Positions 37,400 to 49,968 of a DNA stretch of 49,968 nt are shown piece by piece. Within the stretch, counting starts at the first letter, position 1; every line of letters starts with the position of its first letter. The notes under the pieces were generated by a model. That model was given only the letters and a program-made list of their open reading frames with translations. It was not told where the DNA came from and made no database searches. This DNA comes from Basidiobolus meristosporus CBS 931.73 (Eukaryota > Fungi > Basidiobolomycota): positions 1 to 49,968 of the forward strand of contig MCFE01000648.1 in NCBI GenBank assembly GCA_002104905.1, given 5' to 3'. Position numbers and translations under genes: made by a program.

Positions 37400-38560
37400 T
37401 TCGTTGGAGAAACCAGTTTCAAGAGATATAATGCGAGTTGGTCGGGGTCCGCTTACGCTCAGATAGTTGAATGGGGGATCAAAGCGCGTGGAATAGGATT
37501 TGCTTTCTACAGTCAATATGCACGCGTATCGAATCTCTATCAATTTCTAATCCATTGGGGGCCTGACCCACGCGCATAAGAATCCCAAATGAATGCAAAT
37601 CTAGATATGGCTGAATCAGCTAAACACACAACCATCACAAATCGAATGGAGCTGATGCCACCAGCATACGGTTCATGCCAATATACAAAGGAATAGTCCT
37701 GGTCAATTTAGCCAACATAAATATCATTGATCGACACATCAAGGGTAAGTCAAGGGTGGGTGTTTCGGTGAATGTGGATTGGCTGAAATCGTGGTTACGT
37801 CGTTGGCGCTCATAGGCTGGGTCGCTAACTATGGAAAGTTCTGGAGTCCCGGAATTGAGTATATAAGGTCGAAAGGGGAGACGGGATACAGCATTGAACA
37901 ACGCTTAGCCCTTCTGCTTACCGACGAGACTTCTTCGTGCTCGCATTGGTGTATGAATTTGGGCCAGAGTTAAAATTCCAGTGACTGGTATAGGAGAATT
38001 TAATCCATTGATTCTTCTACGTATGTAACCGGAGATATCCCCTTTCTCTATCCAGATGGATTCCATCCTGGTTGACTATTCAACAAAGATTATAAAAGAT
38101 TTAGCAAGTTGTAGCTGGTGCATTGAATAGAAATGAATCATCTTGCCAGTCAATTATGTAGTGGCAGTGGAGGTTCGTCGTACAAATTAGTGTTACCGCC
38201 ACATCACTGGCTGGGTTTGATGAGTTTGTGGCCATCATTAATGCATACATTAAACCTAATTGAACCTGACAGGAGCTGTGACTGCAATTTACGACGGATG
38301 AACCCAGCGAGTGAATTTACTCTAAACGTCCAATTAAACGCTCCATTCGTCAAACTAATTAAGCAATAGTGTTCGGTCACAGCATAATGGCAATATATTT
38401 GCTGTGGCATCACGAAACAGTGAACCCCAATAGTAACCTATTGCCATTATATTACATCATCCGTACATCGCTTACAACTTGCAGTTTATTTGAGATACAT
38501 TAGTCTCCGGCATACGAAAGTTGAGTAGTCTTCCATACCAACGCTGAAATTCGCTCCATC

Positions 38561-40358
38561 ATGACCCTTGACGGAGTACTCTGCCCTACACATCAGGGAA
38601 AAGCTGAATATACCACGGTGCTATTCGTGCTACCTGGTTGCAAATGCTTTTTCACCAACGACAACAATGACACGAGCTTAGCAGCCAGCGGCGAGCTTCG
38701 CTTGTTCCTGATTAGTGTTCCCAACACCGAGCCAGAGTCACCCCCGCTCTACCACGTCTGCTTCTTAACTGTGGACGAGAAGTTCACCAGACCGCTGCTA
38801 AGAAACTCCAAAGCTCGACGAGATGAAAACGGCTCCTTCATATTTCCGGTTCCCCACAACTCATTTTACCGTATCGATATCCCAGAGTATGCGCACGCTC
38901 ATCGCTGAGTACCAACACCAGAGCCTCTAACTGACCACGTCATTTTCTAGGGAGGCAGCCGAGGAAGATATCCTAAGGTTCCAGGAAATCCTAGCCAACT
39001 ACATGGTATACGAATATCATGATTACCGCAAGACCTTGGCCATAGTTGATTCCAAAGGTGAGGTTTTGGGAACATTCAGTGAAAACAGTGATCTGAAGGA
39101 GGATGAAGAGCTGCATAATATGTCTGAGAAGACGCCTGTTGTCATAGAAATTCCAGAGGATGATTCCAATCCCACTTCCCCGACATCCCCTACCAGCTCA
39201 ACACCGCTTCCAAATATCATTCTGCCCGATGAAGATATCAGTGCAGGGGCAAGCGGTGAGCTAGCAGCCAAGGATGATGCCTCACTTCCCAAGAGTATTA
39301 AAAACAACATGGAGCGGGTCTACCTTCCGCCATTGGAGACCGCCGGCTCCCGACCTCACCATGGAGCAAGCGAAGTGGACTTGTCGGAGTATGCTAATGC
39401 ATCAACACAAACAGAACAACACTACAAGCCAACAACCTCCCGCCAGATTCAGCGAGTTAGACCATTGCAAGGGGCTGGAGACTTGCTTATCCTTATTACC
39501 GAACTGCTACAGGAGTGGTTTTCTCGAGCAACGTTGTTCTTCTCCAAGAAAGGGTAATCTGTTCTCGAAACCTGCCCCTCGGTATCTGATAAGATTGAGC
39601 TAATTCCATTCAGTCGAAATAGCCAGAGCGATGCAGGAAAGAAGGCTAAGGTGATTGAGACATTCCAGTTCATGCCAACCAAACCCAAATCTGCGCACCT
39701 GCAGAACAAGGCAAGCAAAACAGTTGAAGGTGAGAGGACTTCGTGCCGATTTAGTAGTAATCTTTATAGCTCACAGTTTTACACCCTAGTTCCTTGTCGT
39801 GTCATTGACCAACTGTGGGATTCAGCAGTGCAGGTCGGGTATCAAGTGGTGGCCGAGAATCCTCAGGTAAATGTTCTTTCAAGCCTAAATGGTTTAACAT
39901 GGCCTCTGATATTGACTCGAGCAGAACTCCAATCTTAGCTGTAATCCGGCCGAATTTGAATCAAAGATACGTCAGGCAACAATTCGTTTGAACCAAGTAC
40001 CAGATGACCTACTTCAGCCCGTTGCCTCTGGTGCTCATCTGAGCGTACAAAGCTGGTATGCCATTGTTGCTCCCCCACATTACCTCAGAGCGAAGACTAA
40101 CGGCGACTGTATTTCAGTAATCACGCGTCATGTAGTGGCTCCGTTTCTAAACAGGTGAATCCTTACAATTCGGAAAGCAAAGAATTAAAGGAGTCCGAGT
40201 TGAACCTGGTCTATATCGATCAAAAAGGTATAGCCCATCCTGCGCTGGTTTCTGATGCATTGACCACCAAGGAGATTGTTAAGACAGCCTCGAACCGCCT
40301 GAAAGTAGGCCTCAAGAGAAGGCCCACTGCCAAGGAAGTGTTCGTACCAAGCCAGTGA
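38561..40358 (+). CDS. Hypothetical protein ~497 aa, N-terminus resembling the spartin/Inp1-type PH-like region; exons 38561..38886, 38951..39553, 39614..39729, 39790..39866, 39925..40055, 40118..40358
   Basis: Five GT-AG introns of 64, 60, 60, 58 and 62 bp, all phase-compatible (1494 nt total); FYRIDIP..F..IL and LAIVDSKGEVLG segments resemble fungal senescence/spartin-family N-termini. Confidence 0.72.
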
Positions 40359-40941
40359 TTTGCATCCTAGGTGGTGTAGAATATATACATCGGATGGTTG
40401 CCCAGAATACAGTTCCAATGTAACGATTCAGTATTGGCTTTTGTCTATTAGCGGTGATCCTTATTATTCAACAATGATAATAAACTCTCTTCTTATGCAC
40501 CCGTATGAAATCTTCTCTGCAACTGATGTTCAACACACACGCGCTCCTTTTCAATATAGCCCTTGGCTACAAGAATTGAGGCTAGCCTGACATTTTGGCA
40601 GGATCCATTCTCAAAATGCCAAGTGTTACAAGCTGCTAGTAAAAGATCAATCAGCATCAATGCTTAGTTAATTTCAGCTAAACCTGTCCTCCCGCAGCAA
40701 ACAACTATATTCAACCCAATTTGGAATTCAGAAATTGGTGGAAAAATGTAGTTTGTATTACTAGCAGGCCTGACCACACCACTCAAAATGGTTCACAGTC
40801 AGGTGGCCATGGCCAACATTGGTTTTTCCAATATTTTGAGTTAATGAGGCAATACTACCCAGCAGGTGGCATTTGGCTACTGTATACTCCATGGCTGTTG
40901 TAGTACCCTAACAAGGTATACTTACAACGCTATGCCCAATA

Positions 40942-41357
40942 TGTTCTAAGAGTTTTGGAGATATTTGAATTCATTGGGAGAACTAGTTGACTCTGTGGTT
41001 TGCGCTTAATGATTTATTGTATATAAAAGTGGTATTTATACTTTTACAAGGATATAGCAAAAAAATCCATCTAAAATATTTTTGAACTTTGACCAAATTT
41101 CTTGTTGGAATTTGTGTGGAATAATTTCACAAAAACATGAAGTATACAAAACACACAGTTTCTCAAAGCTGTCTAACCAGCCCCAAACTCTGAACATATG
41201 CTCTTGGTATCTTCTTAAGCATATTCCACATGTTCAACTTAACAAGACTATTCAAAAGTGTAATTACTACTTTTTCATTCTATAAGTAATTATGTGAAAA
41301 CCATTTTTTCTACTTATACTCCCAATTACTTTCAACATTGCCAAAACTCTTACTGTA
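40942..41357. mobile_element. Two strongly diverged copia-family LTR fragments in inverted orientation
   Basis: 40942-~41060 resembles the minus-orientation U5/R end; ~41080-41357 resembles the plus-orientation LTR (gaccaaatttcttgttgg, cagccccaaact). Confidence 0.55.
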
Positions 41358-41978
41358 GGTTAGAGTCCTATGTTGTCACTCTCTAGAAGGCATACTACCC
41401 TATGAAAAGTTATTGTGATGATCCTGTCAAAAGGCCATCACAAATTTAAAGTCCCATGACTAAGAGGTACTGATCCTGTCAGGACACTATGCAGAGACCA
41501 TTGAAAAATAATTGCACCCCAGATTTCACAAAAAACTTGGTCAAAATTTCTCATCTCAATGATATAATAGTGGCTTTTGATTAGCTCCCTGCCAATTTGC
41601 TCACTTTCTGATCCCAGACACTTGGTCACCTCCTATGTTTGTGTGCATTGATTGGCTATTGCCTCTTTTTCACACTTCTTACTTCCTGACTGAACCATTT
41701 CTCTTACTTCTTATGCATACAAATTGATTTATTTCCATTGACACTTCAGTTGTACCTCAATTGCCAATTGTATTGACCTATACAAGTCCCTATATCCTAC
41801 ACTAATATTTAACCCAACCCCACACCCAACAAGTAACTCCATTAAAATCCACCACTGAGTAAGTATTTCTGCTGTAACACACTGTTTCCATGACTCTGAC
41901 AGGAACCCAACAGCTTTATGCCACTGTTCACTCACTGGTTCCTACACATCCTGGTCTTCAGCCAGAACTGCAAGGTCT

Positions 41979-42328
41979 TGTTGCAATATTGTGAGGAGTA
42001 TTGGAAGTGATGTGGAGAACTAGAGGATTTACATGTTATTCACTTGTAGATTTATTGATCAAAAGTATGGTATTTATACTTATGATAAAGTAGAGCAAAC
42101 AAATGTGTAGAGCTTGTTAAGAAAGGTCCTAAGAATATGTGTGCAAAGTTTGGGGTCTTTTGGACGACTTTGAGAAAAATAATAATCTGGGTACCTGACA
42201 ATTTGATGAAAAATATTCCAAGTAAATCCCAACAAGAAATTTGGTCATGACAGAATGCTAGTCAAAGAATAAGATCTATGTGACTAATTTAGCATGAATA
42301 TTTTGGTGACAACTTAATAATTACAACA
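41979..42328 (-). mobile_element. Solo LTR of a diverged copia subfamily with TSD GGTCT
   Basis: TGTTG...ACAACA, 350 bp; GGTCT at 41974-41978 and 42329-42333. Confidence 0.88.
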
Positions 42329-42434
42329 GGTCTGGCACCTCATCTGCCAATTTTTGCAATAAATACTTGCAATATTCAAGTGCATTTTCTTGAGCACTGT
42401 TCTTGAAGAAGTGTGGCAACCACTTAGTGTGCCT

Positions 42435-45400
42435 TGTTGTAAGAGTCTTGGAGATACTGGAAGTGATTGGGAGAACAAGTAGATTATGTGGTTTTCACTT
42501 AATAATTTATTGAATGTGAAAGTAGTATTTATACTTTTACCTGGTCTTGGCATTACAAGCATGTAGAATAGGTTAGGGAAGGTCCCAAGAACATGTGTGC
42601 AAAGTTTGGGGCTGTTTGGACAACTTTGAGAATTTTCATGTTCTGGGTACCTGGTATTTAAGTGAAAATATTCTAAGTAAATCCCGACAAGGAATTTGGT
42701 CAGTATTCTCTAGGATTTAAGGGTAATGATCTAAGGGACTAAGTTAGGTGAATATTTAGGTGGAATTACAAATTTTTACAACACTCCCACTCAGCTAAAT
42801 GCTCATACTGACTAGTCCTAATTTTGACCTAAGATATTCAACTTGTCTCTAGCTAATGGTTTGGTAAATATGTATGCAATCATTTCATCTGTAGGACAGT
42901 AAACTAAGCTAACTAAGTTATTCTCTATAGCTTCACATATGAAATGATATCTAATATCTATGTGCTTGGTTCTAGCATGAAAAGTTGGATTTCTACCTAA
43001 TTGTATACATCCTTGATTATCTTGAAATAAAGTAATAGGCGTTTTTTGACATAGGCCTAAATCTGTAAAAAGCTTTCTTAACCACATTGCTTCTTTTGTA
43101 GCTTCACAGGCTGTCATATACTCTGCCTCTGTGGTAGAAAGTGCTACAGTTGGTTGCTTTCTTGAATTCCATGAAATTGCTCCTTTACAGTAAAGAAAGG
43201 TGTATCCTGCGGTGGATCTTCTCTCTTCCAAATTTTGTCCCCAATCAGCATCAGAGTATCCCACAAGATCCTGTTATGAATACTTATAAGTGTATCTTAA
43301 GTAGATATCAGCAGTTCCTTTTAAGTATCTAAAAATCCACTTAACTGCTGCAATATGATCAGATCCATAGTTCTGATTATGTTGGCTGACAACTCCTACT
43401 GAATATGAGATATCTGGACGTGTTCCAAGCATGATATACATCAGACTGCCAACCATAGATTGATAAGGAAAGTCAAGGCTTTCAGATGGCACCAAGCTCT
43501 CTTGATTTGGTTGAGTTTTGACCAAGTTAAGGTTTGTCTCCATTGGGGTGGCTGCTGGTTTACAGTCTTCCATTTGGTACTTCTTTAGTATATCTTGAAT
43601 ATACTTGGATTGGCTAAGGGTGATAGTCTGGGTACCTCTGTCTATGGAGAACTTAATCCCTAAGTAGTAACTGAGTTCTCCTATTTTGGACATCTTAAAC
43701 TCTTTAGATAGGCTGGATTTAGTCTCTTCCAATGTTGCTAGGTTATTGGTGGCTATAATAAGATCATCCACATATAGAGCTAATGGAACTGGACTTGCTC
43801 TATCTGGCTTATAATATATACTATAGTCAGCATTACTCCTTTTGAAACTCAAAGATTCCAAATAAAAATCTATCTTACAATTACAGGCTCTTGGTGATTG
43901 TTTGAGACCATATAGTGACTTTTTAAGCTTGCAGACCAAATGGGGGTTATCTTGAGCAACAAACCCATCAGGCTGGTTCATATACACATCCTCATCAAGT
44001 TCTCCATTCAAATATGCAGTTTTTACATCCATTTGATGAATAAAAAACTTATATTTGGCTGCAATAGCCAATATTAATCTGATGGAATCAAACTTGGCTA
44101 CCAGTGCAAAGGTCTCAGTATAGTCAAGTCCTTTTGTTTGAGAGTATCCTTTGGCTACAAGTCTTGCTTTGTATCTTTCAGTTGTACCATCAGCCTTGTA
44201 TTTTGTCTTGAAGACCCAACTGCATCCAATTGATTTTTGGTTGATTGGTAATTTGACTAAGTCCCAAGTTTGATTTTCCATCAGGGCCTGATATTCCTCA
44301 GTCATTGCAGATCTCAAAACTTTGTCTGAGGGTTATTTAGGGCCTCTTTTACAGTCTGGGGTTCATCAATATAGACTGAATAGGCATAAGCTAAGTTTGT
44401 ACCCTCATTGATATAGTAATTTGGGCTATTTCTTGTCCAATTGGATATCTGGGGATTTGATACTGGAATGATCACTTATGGGATATTCCTGGGCACTGAT
44501 TCTGGCTGAACCATGGTTGTAGAGTCCTCTGGAGTGAAAAATTTTTCATTGTTTTGCTCTGACTCAATCCTGACAGTTGGTGGACTTGAGATCAAATTTT
44601 TGTCATCATATGATGTCATTTTTGGTGAAAATTTTGAATTTTCATCAAACAACACATCCCTGGACTTGATCAGCTTCTTTGCTTTGGTATTGTAGAGTTT
44701 GTATGCCTTACTCTCATTGCAGTAGCCCAAAAATATGCATTTTACACTTTTTGGCTCAAATTTTGACTGCTTTCTGGCCAGTTTCTTGGCATATGCTGTA
44801 CACCTGTATATTCTTAGATGTTCTGCACTTGGTCTGTATCCATGTCATGCTTCATATGGAGTAGAATCACAAAGTATTCTGTTATAACTCCTGTTTTTAA
44901 GGTATACAGCAGTGGCAACTGATTCTGCCCAAAAATCATAGGATAATTTTTGATCATGGATCATAGATCTTGCCATATCAATTATTGATCCGTTAGCTTG
45001 TTCTGCTACTCCATTTTGCTGTGGGGAGTATAATTGAGTAGTTTCTTGCTTTATCCCATGAGTTTTGCAGAAGTGGATGAAGAGTTTTGAGGTATATTCT
45101 CCACCATTGTCAGAGCGTATTTTCTTGATTATTTCACCAGTTTCTCTCTCCACCATGGCTTTAAACTCCCTGAACTTAGACAGAGCTTCTTCCTTCCTCT
45201 CCATGAAGTAGATCCATGTGTATCTTGTATAATCATCAATAAAAGTGATTAAATACTTTATCCCACCTAAGGATAAATTTTGCATAGGTCCACACAGATC
45301 TGAGTGAATTAGATCTAATTTTTCTTAGTTTTGATTAACCCAGAGCTCTTGAATGGTTGTCTGGCTTGTTTCCCATATATGCAGGCTTCACAGTGCTCCA

Positions 45401-47116
45401 AATCAGCTGGGGGATCAACTTTCACTCCAGAAATTAGCTGATCTTTGATCATTTTATGCAAATAATCAAAATTGAAGTGTCCAAATCTCCTGTGCCAAAG
45501 CATTGGTGTTTCTTCATTTACGTTTCTTATATTGGCTTCCAGATATGATGGAATTTAAGTCTACTTGTACAGATTCTGATCTCTGATGCCCAAAGCAATA
45601 TGGGCACAATTTTGATCAATGATCCTGCATCCAGAATTGTTAAAACTGAAACTGAGTCCCTCTGCTGCGGCCTTACTTACAGATAGTAGGTTCTTGGCTA
45701 TTTCTGGTACAAAGAGTACTTCTTTAGAGGTCAGGGTATGGCTTCCTTCACTGCTTCTTAGGTTTACTTGGATAGTTCCTTCTCCCACTGCATCAAGTGT
45801 TCTATTGTCACCCATGAAAACCTTCTTAATTGGAATTTCTTGATATTGGGTAAAAAGTTCTTTTTGGTGTGTAAAGTGTTGAGAAGCTCCAGAGTCAATA
45901 TACCACGTCTGAGAATCCTTGTTTGTGGTCATATTTAGTGCAGACATGAATAGTCTATCTGCAGTTGTTACAGCATTTCCATTTTCAGGCTTCTTTTGCT
46001 GATAATCTCTCTTTTTGAGACACCGGTCTAGTGTGTGTCCTTTCCTTTTGCAGTAGTTGCAAAATAGGTTGCTGTTTCCTTTGTAGGGTTTTTGGTACCT
46101 CCTTTGTTGGTTATCATTGCTTATTAAAGCATTTTCTTCTTCCTTCTTATTGGCACTTGATTTTCTTAATTCTTCATCCAGCAGCCTTCCATATACGTAA
46201 TTTAGGGTCAAATCTTCAGTTATGGACTCTAGGGCTGATACAAGGCCCTGAAACTTGTCTGTCAGGCTATTCAGGATGGTAACTATCACATCCTCATCAG
46301 TAGTTGGTATGCCCACAGATTCCATCTCATCTAACAGCAGGGTAATTCTGTTAATTAGATTAGTCATTTCTTCTCCTGGTAGCATCTTTGTAGTAAAGAA
46401 TTTCCGTCTCAGATACATTTTCTTGGCAGCTGAACATGACTGGTAGGTGTCTTCTAATGCTTTCCAGGCATTCTTTGCTGTTTTTGCTCTTGAGCATTGA
46501 ATTAGTAATTTGTCCTTGACATTAAGGTAAATGCAGTTAAAGGCACTTTGTTCTTTCTTCTGGTACTTTAAGGCTTCCTCTCCCATGTTTTTAGGAGGGC
46601 ATTCTTCTTCCATGACAATATCCCAAAGGCCTCTTTCTTGTAGCAGCATCTTCATCTTCACCTTCCACACTTGGTAGTTGGATCCATCCAACTTTTCAGC
46701 AGAGGGAAAAACTCCAGTAATAGCAGTAGTAGACATTGCAGAGAGTGACAGCTTGGGGCTCATAACCTGTTGTAAGAGTCTTGGAGATATTGGAAGTGAT
46801 TGGGACAACAAGTAGATTATGTGGTTTTCACTTAATGATTTATTGAATGTAAAAGTAGTATTTATACTTTTACCTGGTCTTGGCATTACAAGCATGTAGA
46901 ATAGGTTAGGGAAGGTCCCAAGAACATGTGTGCAAAGTTTGGGGCTGTTTGGACAACTTTGAGAATTTTCATGTTCTGGGTACCTGGTATTTAAGTGAAA
47001 ATATTCTAAGTAAATCCGGACAAGGAATTTGGTCAGTGTTCTCTAGGATTTAAGGGTAATGATCTAAGTGACTAAGTTAGGTGAATATTTATGTGGAATT
47101 ACAAATTTTTACAATG
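42435..47116 (-). mobile_element. Ty1/copia element C, full length (4682 bp), TSD TGCCT
   Basis: LTRs 42435-42783 and 46768-47116 differ at ~10 of 349 positions; PPT 42784-42793; PBS 46756-46767; TGCCT at 42430-42434 and 47117-47121. Confidence 0.95.
42795..46763 (-). pseudogene. Element C gag-pol, disrupted by stops and frameshifts
   Basis: ORF pieces 45561-46895, 44845-45285, 44476-44730, 43274-44317 and 42818-43264 carry all copia domains. Confidence 0.92.
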
Positions 47117-47443
47117 TGCCTATCAATGTTCCAAAATTCCACTGAAGGCATTGTGATAGTCTTTTGAGTTGTTGATGCTGTAGCCTTGTCTGTCAGTGGG
47201 ATGTCCACTCTGTGAACAATAGAGGATATAGAAGCTGTGGTAGACAAGTTGCCTTTCTCTGCACACTTATCTACCTTGCTGCAGTGTAGCTCAATCACCT
47301 GCACTTCCAACTCTTAAGAAAACTGCTGCCTTCCTGTTGGTAATTCTTCTTGGCTATGATGGGATTCAGTCTGTTCTGGGCTTGTTGGGTTAATTGGCAA
47401 GAACAGAATTTTTTTGTATGCTTCCCTGTCTCAGGCTTGGGTA

Positions 47444-48235
47444 GATTAGGGGAGGGAAAGTCACCAAGGTAGGTGAAATCTTTATTTGATTGCAGACAAG
47501 TCTAACTACAAATAAAGAAGCCAGCTGGGAATAAAAGATTCCTAAAGTAAACACTAAGTTGAATATGAATAAATCTAAGCTAAAGTTAAGGCAGTATCCC
47601 AGAGTACACTGGAGTTCAGGTTCATGGGGGAGTGAAGTAGATAAGCTTGAGAGATATACTAATCTTTTAAGAAGTGGGTAACAGCAGGTGAAGGGGAGTT
47701 TTTGATAAGTGAAGTGAATCTTGAGAGCAGAGATTCCTCTAATGAGAAGGTCTTGTAAACTGGAGAATCAGGAAACTCTTTAAAGGCATGGTCAGTAGGT
47801 TCCCAGTAAAACTGGTCAGAGACATTTTGAGAGAACTCTTTAGCAATACTTTTGTCAAGTACTACCTCCAGTGTGTGATGGTTGATAAATCTCATGTTAA
47901 CAATCTTGGATAAGTTGTAACCTTGTTGCTTGAGATACATCCTATGCTCAGATATAGGAATAAACTCCACATTGGCAAAGTAGCAGACAGCCCAGTCAGT
48001 AGCAGGAGGTAAATCAGAAGTGGCAGGAAACTTTCTTTTGGTCTTGGGAGGAGCAGCAAGATTTCTTGAGGAAGCAGGAACAGGCTTTTTGACAGCTTCA
48101 GAGTAGGAAGAGTGAGCAGGAGCAGATGACTCTGGGGAGTCTTGTTGACAGGAAGAGTTGGCACAGGGACAATAGATTCTTGCAGATCAGAAAAGGCAGA
48201 AAACAGCTTTTGAACTTGCTTCTTGAGTAAAGCAT
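47444..48235 (-). mobile_element. LINE ORF1 (gag)-like segment with its own LINE-type 3' end and no RT
   Basis: Coiled-coil-like LNALLKKQVQKLFSAFSDLQE, then SYSEAVKK and a 175-codon open frame (48186-47659); 3' end AATAAAGATTTCACC...CCCCTAATC shared with the RT element. Confidence 0.55.
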
Positions 48236-48245
48236 TTAGGGTTAG

Positions 48246-49968
48246 GATTAGGGGGAGACAGTCACCAACAGGTGAAATCTTTATTTCAGTTGAAACAAAG
48301 AAGCCAGCGCTACTGTTGTAGCTTTGATACAAGAGTGTGTAGCTGAGGGGAACTTGTAGGTAAGTCAATAAGAAGTGATGATAGTTCTTCAGTGCTCAAG
48401 ACACTGTTCAGTGGGAAGGGGGGTAGCAAGAGAGGTAAGAATGACTTGTGAACAACATTAATGAGGGGAATGTGATAAGGATTGATATTCATCATAAAGG
48501 GGGTGTGCTGCTGCAGATATTGCTGCCAAAGGTCTGTCAAGTACTTCAGGTAGGCCAGCTTGGGTTTTTCTGACTGCAGAATATAGTGAGCAAACTTCTT
48601 GACTTCAGGATCTCCAAGTATAGTTCTCCAGCAGGAGCCAGGTGTTGTGTGGTGTGTTCTCTTCCAGGCCTTAATCAGTGGGTTGTTGCAGTTGTGAAGT
48701 CTGAGGTATAATCTGGTTCTAAGGTAGAGAAGTCTGATCTTATAGGGCATAAACCCAAAAGCACCAAGAATAGCATGTCTGTAGGGGCATTCAGGCAAAT
48801 GAGGCACCAAGGAGTTAATGCACCATACTGCAAACTTGTCAAGCTTAGTACAGTCTCTAGAAGTAAGAGAGAGAAGTGGTAAGCCAAATTCCAGGACAGG
48901 GAAGACAAACTGCTTGAGTAGAAGGAGGCAGCTGGGAGCTGAAGTTGTAGGAGGAGTAACAGCCAGTAGCTTGTGGAGTGCCTGTCTTGCCAGGATAATT
49001 CTCTTCTTCAGGTGTGCTCCAGAGTCTAGTCCAGTAGGAAGGAAAGGAAAGCCAAGATATGTAGCAGAAACCTGAGCAGGTAGAGTGGAGCTCTCCAAGT
49101 TGATGGGAGAGCCCAAAGGTACTGTCTTTGCAATGGAAAGCTGGAGATTATTCTTCTGCAGATACTGGTGGATGGTCTGGGAGTCTTGTTGCACATTGGA
49201 GGAGGATATTCTGATGTCATCAGCAAAGAGAGTAACCAGGCAGTCAGCTGAGAGTCTTGGGAAATCATTCAGGAAGATGGCAAACAGTATAGGACCAAGC
49301 ACAGAGCCTTGAACCACTCCATTAGGAACTGAGAACACAGCTGATTGCTCACTTGGGTGCAGAAGTCTTGCTTGTGGATCCAGAAACAGAGACCTGACAA
49401 GGAGGGTGAGAGAGGTACTGGAGAAGCATTGCAACTTGGACCAAAGCAGATTTCTGTCAACTGAATCAAAGGCCTTAGTAATATCAAACAGAACAGAGGG
49501 ATACTTGCACTGGAGAGAGTGATCTTGGCTAAGTATAACTGCATATTCCAAGGAGAGGCCAGGAACAAAGCCAAACTGTGCAGGATGAAACTTGAGAGAG
49601 TCAGAGTAGAGCTCCTGAGCAAGCAGAAGCTCAAACACCTTTCAGCAGGTGGGCACCAGAGATATTGGCCTGTAGGAGCTAGGATCCAGGTGCTTTCCTT
49701 TACCCTTGTACAGTGGCAGAACATTTGCAAAGGACCATTCCTCAGGAGTAGAAAGCTGGGCTGAGCATTGCTGAAACAGTGGAAGCAGAAGTGCAGACAT
49801 GGCCTTGGTACTAGTCTTCAGAAGCTCATAAGAGATTGTGTCCACACCTGGAGCAGTAGAGTTGGGAAGCCTCTTGAGCACATTATGGATTTTCCCTTGA
49901 TCAAGTGCAAGTGGGAAGGGCAGAGTCTTGAAGTCAGGATGAAAGCCAGGAGTTGAGTACTGCTGTGT
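48246..49968 (-). mobile_element. Non-LTR retrotransposon (LINE) RT, runs off the window; one premature TGA at 49642-49644
   Basis: APGVD, SYRPISL, QFGF, DITKAFDSV, GVVQGSVLGP and FADDI motifs; stop at 48310, AATAAA at 48280-48285; no RNase H or C-terminal CCHC seen. Confidence 0.93.

Larger units (their letters stand above)
41398..47443 (-). mobile_element. Right-terminal ~1 kb of a CACTA-like copy, split by two copia insertions (pieces 41398-41978, 42329-42434, 47117-47443)
   Basis: Terminus TA|CCCTATGAAAAGTTATT; the reverse complement aligns with ~8245-9244. Confidence 0.85.

Overview
Eukaryotic (fungal) genomic DNA. A fungal origin follows from the class IV-type chitin synthase and from nine short 58-68 bp GT-AG introns, several with CTAAC/CTCAC branch sites; an early-diverging lineage is plausible but cannot be fixed from this window. 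An ~18 kb CpG-intact gene island (~22.2-40.5 kb) holds chitin synthase, GAPDH, pyruvate carboxylase, a spliced zinc-finger/ubiquitin-like-fold gene and a 6-exon spartin/Inp1-like gene. It is flanked by CpG-depleted nested transposon blocks. These contain a compact ~4.7 kb Ty1/copia family (349-bp LTRs, Ty5/copia-type half-tRNA-iMet PBS; three long copies plus solo LTRs with 5-bp TSDs), a CACTA/EnSpm-like DNA transposon with CCC...GGG termini (one ~6.6 kb copy, three fragments), a Ty3/gypsy gag remnant, and a LINE RT at the right edge. Best leads: (1) two LINE-type 3' ends that both abut telomere-like CCCTAA motifs, one belonging to an ORF1-only partner; (2) an antiparallel copia-in-copia nest whose right junction is flipped end to end; (3) four independent copia insertions within one 410-bp stretch of the CACTA element. 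Coordinates, counts and alignments were read by eye; no database searches were run.
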